Of a stretch of 48,244 nucleotides of DNA, positions 28,544 through 38,277 are shown one piece after another (the stretch's first letter is position 1; every line of letters begins with the position of its first letter). Location of the stretch: positions 1-48,244 of the IMG/VR virus record IMGVR_UViG_3300035532_000094; one strand, written 5' to 3'. The notes beneath the pieces are model-generated. The model ran no database searches. It saw only the letters and a program-made list of their open reading frames with translations, and was not told the origin of the DNA. This stretch comes from a virus (lineage: Duplodnaviria > Caudoviricetes). A program made the translations under genes and the position numbers.

Positions 28544-29339
28544 ACTCTCCTGCTTTCAGTTCGAGCTTGGTAAGGATGACCGTAGCACGAGTCGCTGTGA
28601 TACCTTTCTCTACCTCAGTCAAGGTTTTCTCACCGTATCCCTCGTCACCGCTTGCTTCACGGATTTTCTTGATGCCTTCCGTGATACGAGTGACATCTTC
28701 TTTACTTGCAGGATTGTCGTCCTTGACTGCCTTCTCCACATCAGCCTTCTTCTCGGCAGGAGAAGTGAACTTGCGCTTGGTGGTAGCCTTGGGGCCTTTG
28801 TCGGCCTCGGGGTCGTCCTCGGCATCGGATACAAGATAGTTGGTCTTGATGAAATCCTTGAGCATGAGGGTCTTGGCCTTGCTGAGTCCCTTGTCAAGGT
28901 TGTCAGCACCTTGCGACCAGAGCATGTAGGTTTCCTGCTCGTCACTGTCAACGTCCTTGATAGTGAGCATTGCGTGATACAAAGTGAGTATCATCTTGTC
29001 ACTCTTCTCAAGATTGTTGATTTGGATGGTCACATCGTCCACCTTGTGGCGGAGTCTGTTCTTTACCAATGCCTTGCGGAAGATGGTCTTGTATTGCTGA
29101 GCACGGACGTACTCATATGCTTGACTGGGATTGTATCCATCCTTCACGAACTCACTGGCGAGTTGCGCAACATCCTCGGCAAGCTGGAACAGCTTCTGCT
29201 GGAATGTCTTTGGCTCTTCTTTCACTTGTTCTTTCTTCTCCTTCACTGCCTTTTTAGCAGGTGCTTTCTTTGGTTTGACTTCCATTTCAACTGGCTCGTC
29301 CTCGATGACCTCTACGTCCACGTAATTATCCGTTTTCAC
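28524..29339 (-). CDS. erf: ERF-family ssDNA-annealing protein
   Basis: KDGYN..YEY and G.D..DKG.SKA.T...K...DDPEAD ERF pattern; paired with exonuclease. Confidence 0.75.
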   Translation of the reverse strand: MKTDNYVDVEVIEDEPVEMEVKPKKAPAKKAVKEKKEQVKEEPKTFQQKLFQLAEDVAQLASEFVKDGYNPSQAYEYVRAQQYKTIFRKALVKNRLRHKVDDVTIQINNLEKSDKMILTLYHAMLTIKDVDSDEQETYMLWSQGADNLDKGLSKAKTLMLKDFIKTNYLVSDAEDDPEADKGPKATTKRKFTSPAEKKADVEKAVKDDNPASKEDVTRITEGIKKIREASGDEGYGEKTLTEVEKGITATRATVILTKLELKAGEYDGLAI

Positions 29340-31177
29340 TTTTTACTCCTCTTCTTTCTCTTTGGTTTGATACCCAAGAACTCGTCTCTTCTCTTTGTTG
29401 CAAGTTCAATATACCACTGTTTATCTATCTTGTCAACACCCAAAATACCGGAATTATCAACAATCGCATGTTCGGGACAATTCGCTATCCTATCCCTTCT
29501 CCCATCGGCCTTTATCTTGTAGACAGCACCGAGTCTCTCGTCCTTCCCAGCATAGACCCTGTTGGTTCTATTGACCTCCACCTCACCGAAACCATTGACA
29601 TGGACAACCTTCTCATAAGTTCCCCCTGCCTTGGTTATCATCTGGAAAGCAAAAGGGTCTTGCTCGTTGTTGATGGTTTCCTCAATGGGTATCCCATCGA
29701 GCAGGTTGTTGGTGATAGCACGACAGACTACTGACATGGAATTATGCTTGAAACTACCACCCTTGTAATCAGAGACGACACCTCCCTTGACCTTAATTTT
29801 CCCACCGAGTTCACGCATGACATAATTGTTCACATCACGCTGTACCACTACCTCAATGCCTTTCTCCTCCATTTCAAACTGTGTCAATTCTTCCCATGTG
29901 CAAACAATGGAACGAACCTCTCGTATCCATACTCTATCAATGGAAAACATGATACCGTCTGTGTTAGAAGATATGAGAGTAAAGGATGGTACATGATTGG
30001 AGAGTGTGTTAATCAACATTACAAGATACAACTGTCCGCTGATACATGTGCTATGGGCCATGAGGGGGTCATACAAATCATTATACTTATTGTTGGAAGC
30101 CCCGTAGGTCGTGTTTAGAACTAGTTTAAGAGCGTCCGATGTTTTCAAATCCTCTTTCTGCTTTGCCTCGATACGTTTATGAAAAGTGTCCTCGAAAGTT
30201 TCTGGGTCAGCAACATTTCTACTGAGGTATCGATTCTTAATCATCAGAGAAGGATAGTAACTTTGCACATCGTAGTTAAGAATGATTCTTTTATCAGTGG
30301 ATACTTCGGAATAATTGACCAGTGCACCGTGGAGTCCTCCCCATCCCAACACATGGGGACAACCTGCTATCTCAATCGAAAGAGAGCGATAAGGATTCCT
30401 GCTCTTGACCACTTTTCCATCTTCATCCGGTACACCTTCTCGTCCAAAGAGAATGTCCAATGGTATTTCTCCTTCTGGAAGGCGGTCAAAGAACTCAAAA
30501 ACCTCCTGTGGTACCAAACCCTTATCCACATTCTCCGGATACACATACGCCCTCTCGTCATCCCTCTCAACTCGTTGAGCACCCAAAAACAGGGCGGTCA
30601 ACTTGGCATTCGTCATATTAAGTGCCGATTTCACATTCAATCCCTTCATTTCAGCCAAAGTCTCCTTGGCCTCAAGGTAAGGAAGGCGAGCATCGTAGAG
30701 CGGAATCAAAGCCTCCACATCGTGCCAACAATATTCCTCCAACTCCTTCCACTGTTCCTTGGTTGGATGCTCTGTGTTGAAATCGACCTCGGACTCACGG
30801 ATGTCCATCTTGAGGTTCCCCTCAATCATCTTGAGGGAAGGGCGGGTCGGAAGGTCGAGCATGAGGTCGAACGACTGAGGCAACTTGACCCATCCCATGT
30901 CAATCTCCCACCCCTGCATACCATTGATAATGATTGCATCGTTGACGGCTTTCACGTCCTCCGGTGTCCCTCCTGCGAGGATGGCCTTGATGATGTAGTT
31001 GTCATAATGCTTGCAGTTGTACCCACAGAGGAACGGCCTCTCCGTCTCCAAGAACCCCCTCAGCATCGCTGTGTCATTGTGGATTGCCACCCGCTTCACC
31101 TTGTTGGTCGCACAGAACAACCAGTCATGGGGAAGCACCTCGGTGTCAAAGAACCACACTTCGTCTCTCCAGTCCAT
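29336..31177 (-). CDS. Family B DNA polymerase with 3'-5' exonuclease
   Basis: Exo I DTE, Exo II YN...YD, Exo III YCWHD; Pol motifs DVQSYYPS, KLVLNTTYG, NTDG. Confidence 0.9.
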   Translation of the reverse strand: MDWRDEVWFFDTEVLPHDWLFCATNKVKRVAIHNDTAMLRGFLETERPFLCGYNCKHYDNYIIKAILAGGTPEDVKAVNDAIIINGMQGWEIDMGWVKLPQSFDLMLDLPTRPSLKMIEGNLKMDIRESEVDFNTEHPTKEQWKELEEYCWHDVEALIPLYDARLPYLEAKETLAEMKGLNVKSALNMTNAKLTALFLGAQRVERDDERAYVYPENVDKGLVPQEVFEFFDRLPEGEIPLDILFGREGVPDEDGKVVKSRNPYRSLSIEIAGCPHVLGWGGLHGALVNYSEVSTDKRIILNYDVQSYYPSLMIKNRYLSRNVADPETFEDTFHKRIEAKQKEDLKTSDALKLVLNTTYGASNNKYNDLYDPLMAHSTCISGQLYLVMLINTLSNHVPSFTLISSNTDGIMFSIDRVWIREVRSIVCTWEELTQFEMEEKGIEVVVQRDVNNYVMRELGGKIKVKGGVVSDYKGGSFKHNSMSVVCRAITNNLLDGIPIEETINNEQDPFAFQMITKAGGTYEKVVHVNGFGEVEVNRTNRVYAGKDERLGAVYKIKADGRRDRIANCPEHAIVDNSGILGVDKIDKQWYIELATKRRDEFLGIKPKRKKRSKK

Positions 31178-32274
31178 TATATCCCCTTAGCGTTCCATAT
31201 AGGCAACGCAATTTCTATGATTTCAACAGTGTCACTGACTGTCGCAATGATACTCGAAGATTCTTTGTAGGCCATGGGAGACTCATCCAGTGTATCCTTT
31301 GATACGCAAGACGAATACACTCCTTTCATTGTGTCCTCGAACTCGCTTAGCGACAGTTCTTTCTTGGCTTGGCTACGGCTCATTATGCGACCAGCACCGT
31401 GTGGTGCGGAAAAATTCCAATCGGCGTTACCTTTGCCGTAACCTAAAATGATGCCATCACGCATATTCAAAGGTATCACTACTTCCTCATCTTCATATGC
31501 GGATATTGCTCCTTTACGAATGAAACCTTTTTCAGTATCAATATAATTGTGTATCGAATTGACACGAAATTGTGATGTTCCTAAAAAATCCAGCATGTCA
31601 TCTATTATAGCCTCTCTGTTACGGATTGCGTATGTCTGAGCTATTTTCATGGCATCGAGATATTCTAGAGCTAGTTCACCATCTAAATATGCCAATTCTT
31701 TAGGTACTTCTGGATGGATACTCTGTGCCAACTTTTGGTAATGTAAGGCAATTTTCAATCCAAAATTTCTTGAACCTGTGTGCACTGTAAACCAATTACC
31801 TCGCCCACCTTTTTCTATTTCAGCAAAGTGATTCCCGCCACCAAGAGTCCCTAATGAAAGACGCACATCTTTGAAGTTTTGATTGGTCTTAGCACATATC
31901 TCTTCCATCTTACCATAATCATCTTGAAAATAATCATCGTATATGCTGTTTTCTCTTTTATGAAAACCAGTAGGGATATGGGCTTGGAAAAAACGGTCTA
32001 TGTCTGACAACGAAGGGATATTATTACCTACAAGAACAGACGACACGCCACAACCAATGTCAACCCCAATAAGATTAGGTATTATCTTATCTGTCACCTT
32101 TGCTGTAAAACCAATCACACAACCTGCACCAGCATGAACGTCTGGCATAATACATACGTTTGCACCTTCTGCAAAAGGTTGATTCAACAACAATATAATT
32201 TGTGATACCGCTGACTGTTCCACATTATCGGCATAAACCTTTGCCTTTCCATACTTTCCTTCCAATTCAAACAT
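31177..32274 (-). CDS. rtcB: RtcB RNA ligase
   Basis: MPDVHAG, GVDIGCG, GGGNHF, HTGSR, HNY, RKGA, SAPHGAGR, DESPMAYK motifs; start at ATG 32274 with RBS AGGAG. Confidence 0.95.
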   Translation of the reverse strand: MFELEGKYGKAKVYADNVEQSAVSQIILLLNQPFAEGANVCIMPDVHAGAGCVIGFTAKVTDKIIPNLIGVDIGCGVSSVLVGNNIPSLSDIDRFFQAHIPTGFHKRENSIYDDYFQDDYGKMEEICAKTNQNFKDVRLSLGTLGGGNHFAEIEKGGRGNWFTVHTGSRNFGLKIALHYQKLAQSIHPEVPKELAYLDGELALEYLDAMKIAQTYAIRNREAIIDDMLDFLGTSQFRVNSIHNYIDTEKGFIRKGAISAYEDEEVVIPLNMRDGIILGYGKGNADWNFSAPHGAGRIMSRSQAKKELSLSEFEDTMKGVYSSCVSKDTLDESPMAYKESSSIIATVSDTVEIIEIALPIWNAKGI

Positions 32275-32284
32275 TTTTATTCTC

Positions 32285-32587
32285 CTACATAATGTCATGT
32301 TCACGCAATACACGGAACACATCTTTTTCTGATAGTTTCAGCCTACCAGCAATCTCCTTGATTGTCAAGACCTCGCCAAGCTCCAATATGCGGTCAAGTT
32401 TCTTTGACGGAATCTGCTTTTTCTTCTCATGGCTCTTGTATAAAGGACAACTCGCCTTCATGCAGTGCCATGTCTCTTTCTTCCTGTCGTAGTAGAGCGT
32501 CTGACCACATTCACACTTCCTCACGGTCAGCACCCAACTCTCCGGTATCCTGTCATCATCAACGATATGGTAGTATCTGTCCATCAT
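32285..32587 (-). CDS. Zinc-ribbon plus HTH DNA-binding protein
   Basis: CxC...CxxxxC then LTIKEIAGRLKLSEKDVFRVL. Confidence 0.6.
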   Translation of the reverse strand: MMDRYYHIVDDDRIPESWVLTVRKCECGQTLYYDRKKETWHCMKASCPLYKSHEKKKQIPSKKLDRILELGEVLTIKEIAGRLKLSEKDVFRVLREHDIM

Positions 32588-33885
32588 AAGTCATCATCCT
32601 CATCATATGCTCCCCATGACCATTCACTCATGGTGTGTACGGTAAAATCCTTGTGCTTCTCCAACTGCTTGTAAATCTTCAACTCCACTGAGTCCTGTGC
32701 TATCAGCCAGTGATATTGGCATTTCCTCGGATTCACAGCGGTCTTGATTCTGGCCCTCGCCTGCTCCATCATCGTGGTGGAGAGCGATGGTTCATAGAAC
32801 ACCATATGACGAGCGGTGTAGAGGTCGATGCCTGCGTTGGCTGTGGCATACTGACACACGATGGCACGCATATGGTCATGCTCTTGGAACCACTTCCATA
32901 TCTCCTTGTCGGGTTGGTCTCCATCGAGTACCACGTGGGGTAGCTCGTGCTTCCTCAACTCCTGTACCACACTGCGGATTGACTGCTTGAACTCACAGAA
33001 TATGACAATCTTCTCATCACCTATCTCATCAAGTAACTCACCAAATGCAAAACGCTTCGTGTCGGCTATGACATGGGTCTCTCCCTGTTCATCAATGATG
33101 AAACCACTTGCCACCTGTCGCATCTTCATCAGCTTGACAGCGGGATTGTCGATAATCATGTCGTATTCCTTCACATACCCCTTGCGAACACCGCTCTGGA
33201 TGAATAAGTTGGGTCTCGGGCAGATTACGATATTATCCGGTGGGTCGGTAGGCATGTCAGCCACATCATCGAGGGTCAGTGAGGATACGTAGGGCTTGAC
33301 ACGCTCAAGCAGTTCCTCCTTGTTCCTGTATCCCGTGACTATACGGATGAAGGTGCCGGGAAGCTGGCGTGTCTTGCAGTACCGTGCCTCGAACTCCCGG
33401 TAAGGGCCGAAGAAACCGGGGAACATGAACTCCATCTGCGCCCACAAGTCCTCAAGCCTGCCTTGTCCAAGTGGTGTCCCTGTAAGGAGATAGCGGAACT
33501 TTGAGCGTGTTGCATACTTCATGCAAAACTTGCTCTGCTTGCTCTGTCTCCTTGCAATCTTGTGGGACTCATCCAAGACCACGATGTCGAAGTGCCTGTC
33601 GTACTCCTTGCGTCTCCATACCTTCTCGTAATTGATGAGGGTAATCTTGTCACACGCTTCCCTCCTCTTGCCTTTCATCTTGTTGATGTCACGCTTCCAA
33701 GCACCGAGTGCTGACTTGGGTGCTATCACAATGGCGTCCTTGGCCTTACCCTGCATGATGAGGTTACTCATATGAAGCACCATCGGAAGGGTTTTCATCA
33801 CTCGCATCGACCAAAACAGGGCGAAACTGTCATGTTCCGACAGTGTCCCCAATATTCTTTCTTGGTGTGGGAACAATTCCATCAC
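32584..33885 (-). CDS. SNF2/SF2-like helicase
   Basis: DESH, LLTGTP, AGIDL, QARARI motifs; motif I degenerate (MRVMKT). Confidence 0.85.
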   Translation of the reverse strand: MMELFPHQERILGTLSEHDSFALFWSMRVMKTLPMVLHMSNLIMQGKAKDAIVIAPKSALGAWKRDINKMKGKRREACDKITLINYEKVWRRKEYDRHFDIVVLDESHKIARRQSKQSKFCMKYATRSKFRYLLTGTPLGQGRLEDLWAQMEFMFPGFFGPYREFEARYCKTRQLPGTFIRIVTGYRNKEELLERVKPYVSSLTLDDVADMPTDPPDNIVICPRPNLFIQSGVRKGYVKEYDMIIDNPAVKLMKMRQVASGFIIDEQGETHVIADTKRFAFGELLDEIGDEKIVIFCEFKQSIRSVVQELRKHELPHVVLDGDQPDKEIWKWFQEHDHMRAIVCQYATANAGIDLYTARHMVFYEPSLSTTMMEQARARIKTAVNPRKCQYHWLIAQDSVELKIYKQLEKHKDFTVHTMSEWSWGAYDEDDDL

Positions 33886-34133
33886 TCAACCTCCGTTATA
33901 TCGCCATCAGTGAAACCCAATACCCCATAACCCGGATACCTCACCACATGAGTATACCATCCTACACGGTGGTCATATCCCATGTAAGGCACAATCTCAA
34001 TCAAATCTGGATTGATGGCTGTTGTTTCGTCTGTACATACCATGGCTATATCTTCTTTCGATGATACGAGTATTGCCGTGTTCATGGAGTCTACCAACGA
34101 CCCCCTATGCTTTCTGAATATAACTGTTTTCAT
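33882..34133 (-). CDS. Hypothetical phage protein
   Basis: Coupled ORF; FRKHRGSLVDSM and YDHRVGW patterns. Confidence 0.6.
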   Translation of the reverse strand: MKTVIFRKHRGSLVDSMNTAILVSSKEDIAMVCTDETTAINPDLIEIVPYMGYDHRVGWYTHVVRYPGYGVLGFTDGDITEVE

Positions 34134-34369
34134 TTACCCGCTCCTTCATATTTTTCTTTCCACTTCTTTTCAGCTTCATCCCAAGGATTAGGACGTATTA
34201 CTACTCCACCTGTTAAATCTTGCAGTAGTTCTTGCGCCCTTTTCATATCACCATCACTATACAGCAATGCTTTTTTACAATACATCAGACCACAACCTGT
34301 GATATTACTCAAATCTTTTATGTTTTTAATTGATGGTGTTGGGCACCCCATCTGAACATTATCCATCAT
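34130..34369 (-). CDS. Stand-alone EF-Ts N-terminal (UBA-like) domain protein
   Basis: IKDLSNITGCGLMYCKKALLYSDGDMKRAQELL aligns with the EF-Ts N-terminal signature (vKeLR..TGaGmmdCKkAL....GD.e.A...L). Confidence 0.75.
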   Translation of the reverse strand: MMDNVQMGCPTPSIKNIKDLSNITGCGLMYCKKALLYSDGDMKRAQELLQDLTGGVVIRPNPWDEAEKKWKEKYEGAGK

Positions 34370-36483
34370 GCCTGCTCCTTTTTCACTATCGTGAATCGTC
34401 CTGCTTTCTCTACCTTGTTTATCAGTCCCATTCCCTTGTATCCCCTCTTGCCCTTGACACGATTGGAATACTGTATACGCAATTCCTCAGCATTCTCCTT
34501 GAGGTAATTCGATACCGTCCTCATTGCCAAGGGTTTGAGAGCGTTCAACTCACACCATCGAGTGTAGGCTTCATAAAAATCACCGCTGGCGACCTCCTCG
34601 TCCTCGTTAAACACGACATTATCTGTATCCTGTATGAAAGGAATCAGACTGTTGCCGTCCTCCTGTGCTTCCTTGAGAGCCAACTCGGTGCGCTCGCTCG
34701 TGGTGAACTCCCATCCTTGAATCATCAGACGTTGGAGGCCCTTCAAGGCCCAATTAAGGACACCCTCAAGCTCGTTGTCGGTAATCTTCTTGCCGAACAA
34801 CTTATCATCCTTGCGGTTCTTATCACGCTCCTTGCACTTCAACAAGATGAGCCTCCTGTAGAACCCATCGGTGTGGTCGTAGCATGCTTCCAAGGACTTG
34901 TTTCCACTCGCAAGGATACGTGCATATGGCTGTATTTCATAATGCTGTTGCCCCTTGCGCTCAACGAGGACAGGGATGTTCGCTGTCACGAGCTTCTTGA
35001 ATGTGCCCGTATCAGTCAGTGCACCACTCTGGAGGTCATCATCGTAGAACACGAGCTTGTTCTCAAGCTGTGCGAGCATGAAGCGGTTCTCCTGCAACTT
35101 ATGAAGCTCCCCCTGCACCATAGAGGTGTGGAAGAGAGCGTGCATGACCTCCCCGATGACTGACTTGCCCTCACGACCTTTACCGATGATGATGAGGGAC
35201 TTCTGCGCAACCGTGGTGGGTACAAGGCAATAACCGATGTACTCCTGCAAGGTAAGGATGTCCTCATCGTGCAACAACTGGTGAAGGAAACTGTCCCATC
35301 GAGGACACTCAGCGTTGGGATTATAATCCACACTCAGCCTGTTGAGGGTGAAACCCATGCTGACCTCATAGATACCTGTCTCGTCCACCTTGAGGGCCTT
35401 GTTGTGCAGGTTCACGATGTCATGCTGGAGCGGTGGTGGCTGGAAGAAACACTCGTTCTTTAATGAATCGAACAGTGCATTCACCTTCCTTGACAGGGAC
35501 GAGGGTACATAGGGTTTCACAAGGTTCTGTATGTCGCTCTTGATGCTGTCATCGGGCACATGACCCTGCTCATCGTAGAACACGCTGTTGATGCAGTAAA
35601 GCTCATGCTTGCCCTTGTACCACTCCACAAAGAGTCCATCATCGATTGCAGGGCCTTTTTCCGTGATGGTGAGCCACTCGGGGTCTCCCTCGTCAACCGT
35701 GACCTTGTTCTTGCCAATCTTGTCAACGGCCCAATCAACGATGTGCTTGATTTCATCCTCGTTGGTGATGGGTGGTTGGCACAAACGCTTGTTGGTCTCC
35801 CTCACCGACCCTGCAAGCTCGGTTTCACCAATGCCCTTCTTCGTAGCCAACGAACACGCATAGGACAGCAATGTCGCATGACGCATACCGGAAGGGATTG
35901 TATCGGGGAGCTTGAAGGCCTTGGGAGGAATACGAATCTTGCCGATGGTGGTGTCGTCCACCTCACCACAGATGAACTGCTTCCAAATCTTGGGAAGTGT
36001 CGCAATCTTGGTTTCCCAAGGGGAACGAATCCACGTATAGGAGCCTTTCGTCCCCACACTCGGATACACCACCACTTGGTTCCCATCGGCACGGATGTCC
36101 ACGTTGTCGAGGATGCCTATCTTCCCCTTGATGTTCTCAACGCCAGTAGGATATTTGAAGAAGAGGTGCAATCCTCCATTCTGTGTCCTTGCTGTCACGG
36201 TCTCTGGAAGATAGGCACCAGTCTTGGACTCGAAATCGGCTATGCTCTCACGACCGTCACCGTTCTTGGTATCGATGTCAATGACAAGGATACCAGAGGT
36301 CTTACCCGTGACGATGCCGATGTTCAAATCCTTGCCCTCGAACCAACCCTCCAACACACTCGGATTGTCTGAGGCATTGTTCACCCAATCGGGAATGATA
36401 GGGTTCTTCCCTGCCTTTGCGACAGGGATTACCTTGAGGTGTTTCTTGGCATACTTGTTTGCAATGTCAAGCAATAATGACAC
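34366..36483 (-). CDS. Bifunctional primase-polymerase plus D5/P4-type SF3 helicase
   Basis: Prim-pol motifs VIDID, GGLHLFF, DIRADG; PriCT-like GMRHATL; Walker A GKGREGKS; probable GTG start at 36483. Confidence 0.9.
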   Translation of the reverse strand: MSLLLDIANKYAKKHLKVIPVAKAGKNPIIPDWVNNASDNPSVLEGWFEGKDLNIGIVTGKTSGILVIDIDTKNGDGRESIADFESKTGAYLPETVTARTQNGGLHLFFKYPTGVENIKGKIGILDNVDIRADGNQVVVYPSVGTKGSYTWIRSPWETKIATLPKIWKQFICGEVDDTTIGKIRIPPKAFKLPDTIPSGMRHATLLSYACSLATKKGIGETELAGSVRETNKRLCQPPITNEDEIKHIVDWAVDKIGKNKVTVDEGDPEWLTITEKGPAIDDGLFVEWYKGKHELYCINSVFYDEQGHVPDDSIKSDIQNLVKPYVPSSLSRKVNALFDSLKNECFFQPPPLQHDIVNLHNKALKVDETGIYEVSMGFTLNRLSVDYNPNAECPRWDSFLHQLLHDEDILTLQEYIGYCLVPTTVAQKSLIIIGKGREGKSVIGEVMHALFHTSMVQGELHKLQENRFMLAQLENKLVFYDDDLQSGALTDTGTFKKLVTANIPVLVERKGQQHYEIQPYARILASGNKSLEACYDHTDGFYRRLILLKCKERDKNRKDDKLFGKKITDNELEGVLNWALKGLQRLMIQGWEFTTSERTELALKEAQEDGNSLIPFIQDTDNVVFNEDEEVASGDFYEAYTRWCELNALKPLAMRTVSNYLKENAEELRIQYSNRVKGKRGYKGMGLINKVEKAGRFTIVKKEQA

Positions 36484-36670
36484 GATTCTCCCCCTCTGCA
36501 CCGAGCATGTCCATTATGTCCTTCGGCCTGTTCCATTCCATGATGGCGTATCTTTCACGAGGATAATGCCCGCTTGTCTTTCCACATTTGGGGCATTCCA
36601 CTTGATACCCTGCATCATCCAACACAACCTCGGGCCAATGACCACATACACATCTGTTCGCTTTTCGCAT
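36467..36670 (-). CDS. Lar-like (restriction alleviation) zinc-finger protein
   Basis: CxCG...VECPKCG...AIMEWN pattern. Confidence 0.6.
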   Translation of the reverse strand: MRKANRCVCGHWPEVVLDDAGYQVECPKCGKTSGHYPRERYAIMEWNRPKDIMDMLGAEGENRVIIA

Positions 36671-36724
36671 GATAAACCTTCCGTTTCAGAAATGTCCCAC
36701 CGCTACGAGTGAGATTGGAACCTT

Positions 36725-36753
36725 ATTATAACCGATTCCGTTGGATTAATCAA
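36725..36753 (-). promoter_or_regulatory. Sigma70-type promoter for the replication operon
   Basis: TTGATT-N17-TATAAT on the - strand. Confidence 0.7.
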
Positions 36754-36767
36754 GACCCATTTTATTC

Positions 36768-36796
36768 TTGACAAATCTATGAAAAACTGTTAGAAT
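36768..36796 (+). promoter_or_regulatory. Sigma70-type promoter, probably leaderless transcript
   Basis: TTGACA-N17-TAGAAT with extended TG; ATG 6 nt downstream. Confidence 0.75.
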
Positions 36797-36802
36797 AACA
36801 CC

Positions 36803-36991
36803 ATGAACAAGATAATTCATTACGAACACGGAGAAACAGGTATAGAACTCACCATTATCGCCAATACCATTAGGAATGGCGAAATCGAGATAGAGGCCAT
36901 CATCCACAAGGGAGAGAATATCCTGCCCCTCGTGGGGGACGACCTGCTTGTCGAGATTGAGCTATACTGCGGTGACGTGCTAATCGACTGA
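36803..36991 (+). CDS. Small acidic protein, lone + strand gene in the early arm
   Basis: 62 aa directly behind a consensus promoter. Confidence 0.7.
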   Translation: MNKIIHYEHGETGIELTIIANTIRNGEIEIEAIIHKGENILPLVGDDLLVEIELYCGDVLID

Positions 36992-37216
36992 CTCAGTATA
37001 GAATCTGAAAGAGCGAATCTGCTTCTGTGTGAACTTAATCCTGTGTCCTTCGCACTCACGGATTACACTGACGTCACCGGTCATCTGTTGCAATGCAACA
37101 CGCTTCTCCATACACGCACGCTGTATCTCGTAGGGGTCGATATTCTTGATATACTGCCGTTCAGCACCACCCTTGAAGGTGAATTTTCCCAATCTGTAGA
37201 CTCCCTGCTTCTTCAT
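36980..37216 (-). CDS. Hypothetical protein
   Basis: MKKQGVYRLG start coupled by TAATG to the upstream small ORF. Confidence 0.55.
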   Translation of the reverse strand: MKKQGVYRLGKFTFKGGAERQYIKNIDPYEIQRACMEKRVALQQMTGDVSVIRECEGHRIKFTQKQIRSFRFYTESVD

Positions 37217-37359
37217 TATTTCCCCTTCTGCCACACTGCCACTATGAAACCGACAAGGCTGATGCCTGTCAGAATGACCAACGGCAGACAAATCTGAAAA
37301 CCAGTCAGTGACTTGACCCCGACAGCATCAAGCACGAACAACACCAACGTCCAAATCAT
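37216..37359 (-). CDS. 47-aa membrane protein
   Basis: Not in ORF track; MIWTLVLFVLDAVGVKSLTGFQICLPLVILTGISLVGFIVAVWQKGK; overlaps both neighbours. Confidence 0.55.
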   Translation of the reverse strand: MIWTLVLFVLDAVGVKSLTGFQICLPLVILTGISLVGFIVAVWQKGK

Positions 37360-37667
37360 AGACCAATGGAATAACCACATACACCTACCTCACTTTGTTT
37401 CAATTCCCGAATACCACATGCTTTTGCCACAATATGCTCTATGAAAGAACCCTTACTTGTCGTGGTATCATTCACATAGAAAATAGCATCACAAGTCAAT
37501 AAGAGGCGAATATCGCGTTTTATGTAATCCTCGTATCTTTTTTCCTGCGGAAAGGAAGCCGGATTTACCACCTCGTATCCACATTGCTTGAGATACTTCT
37601 CCCATAGCTCGAATGCTACCAGATAATCCGGTTCATTGGTGATGGAACCACTCAGATATACTTTCAT
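37356..37667 (-). CDS. DUF4406 / nucleoside deoxyribosyltransferase-like protein
   Basis: KVYLSGSIT, VVNPA, CDAI, SKGS..E motifs. Confidence 0.75.
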   Translation of the reverse strand: MKVYLSGSITNEPDYLVAFELWEKYLKQCGYEVVNPASFPQEKRYEDYIKRDIRLLLTCDAIFYVNDTTTSKGSFIEHIVAKACGIRELKQSEVGVCGYSIGL

Positions 37668-38074
37668 GCTCGCTCCTCGTGGATGTGTCCACACACGGTG
37701 CACCAGTCACAAACCACACTGTCCCTTGGGTAGGTATCGAGAGAATCTTCCTCAACCTCGTGTCCGAGTGGTGAGAACATGTATTCACTCTCACTTCCCA
37801 ATGGGCCACCACAGAATGCTCCCTTGACAAAACGAACCTCATACAAATCCGTCTTGGCTCCGTTGGCGTAATAAATGTCGCCCTCGTACATCTCATTGCC
37901 TTGCGAATCAAAAAGACCACTGGAACGCTCGAGGATGTGTTCCTTATCCAATTCAATGGACGTATTGCCACCACATCTTCCAAATGTCGATACAATGACC
38001 TTATTGGTTCCCAAATGCCAAGAACGCACATCCAAATATTCATCCATGTCATTCATCCATACTCTCAATTTCAT
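37664..38074 (-). CDS. YopX-family protein
   Basis: MKLRVW and SGLFDSQGNEMYEGDI motifs. Confidence 0.7.
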   Translation of the reverse strand: MKLRVWMNDMDEYLDVRSWHLGTNKVIVSTFGRCGGNTSIELDKEHILERSSGLFDSQGNEMYEGDIYYANGAKTDLYEVRFVKGAFCGGPLGSESEYMFSPLGHEVEEDSLDTYPRDSVVCDWCTVCGHIHEERA

Positions 38075-38277
38075 TTCTGTTCTCTCCTCCATTTCATAAT
38101 CATCGCCTGTTCCTCGGGTGACTCCGCTGTACTCAACCAATAGTAGTCCTCCCAAGCCTTCTTCTGCTCACTCGGTGGCAGTGTGCTGACCCAATGGTCG
38201 AACCACACAAATGCCACGAACTGTACCACAATCATGAGCAATGCCACCACAATGCCTGCCATAATCGCCACTACCAT
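38071..38277 (-). CDS. Small membrane protein
   Basis: N-terminal TM segment; coupled ORF. Confidence 0.5.
   Translation of the reverse strand: MVVAIMAGIVVALLMIVVQFVAFVWFDHWVSTLPPSEQKKAWEDYYWLSTAESPEEQAMIMKWRREQK

Noticed and set aside
28287-29522. 411-aa + strand ORF
   Set aside because: Antisense shadow of the ERF, YqaJ and polymerase genes; no motifs recognised
30179-31270. 363-aa + strand ORF
   Set aside because: Antisense to the DNA polymerase; explained by codon bias
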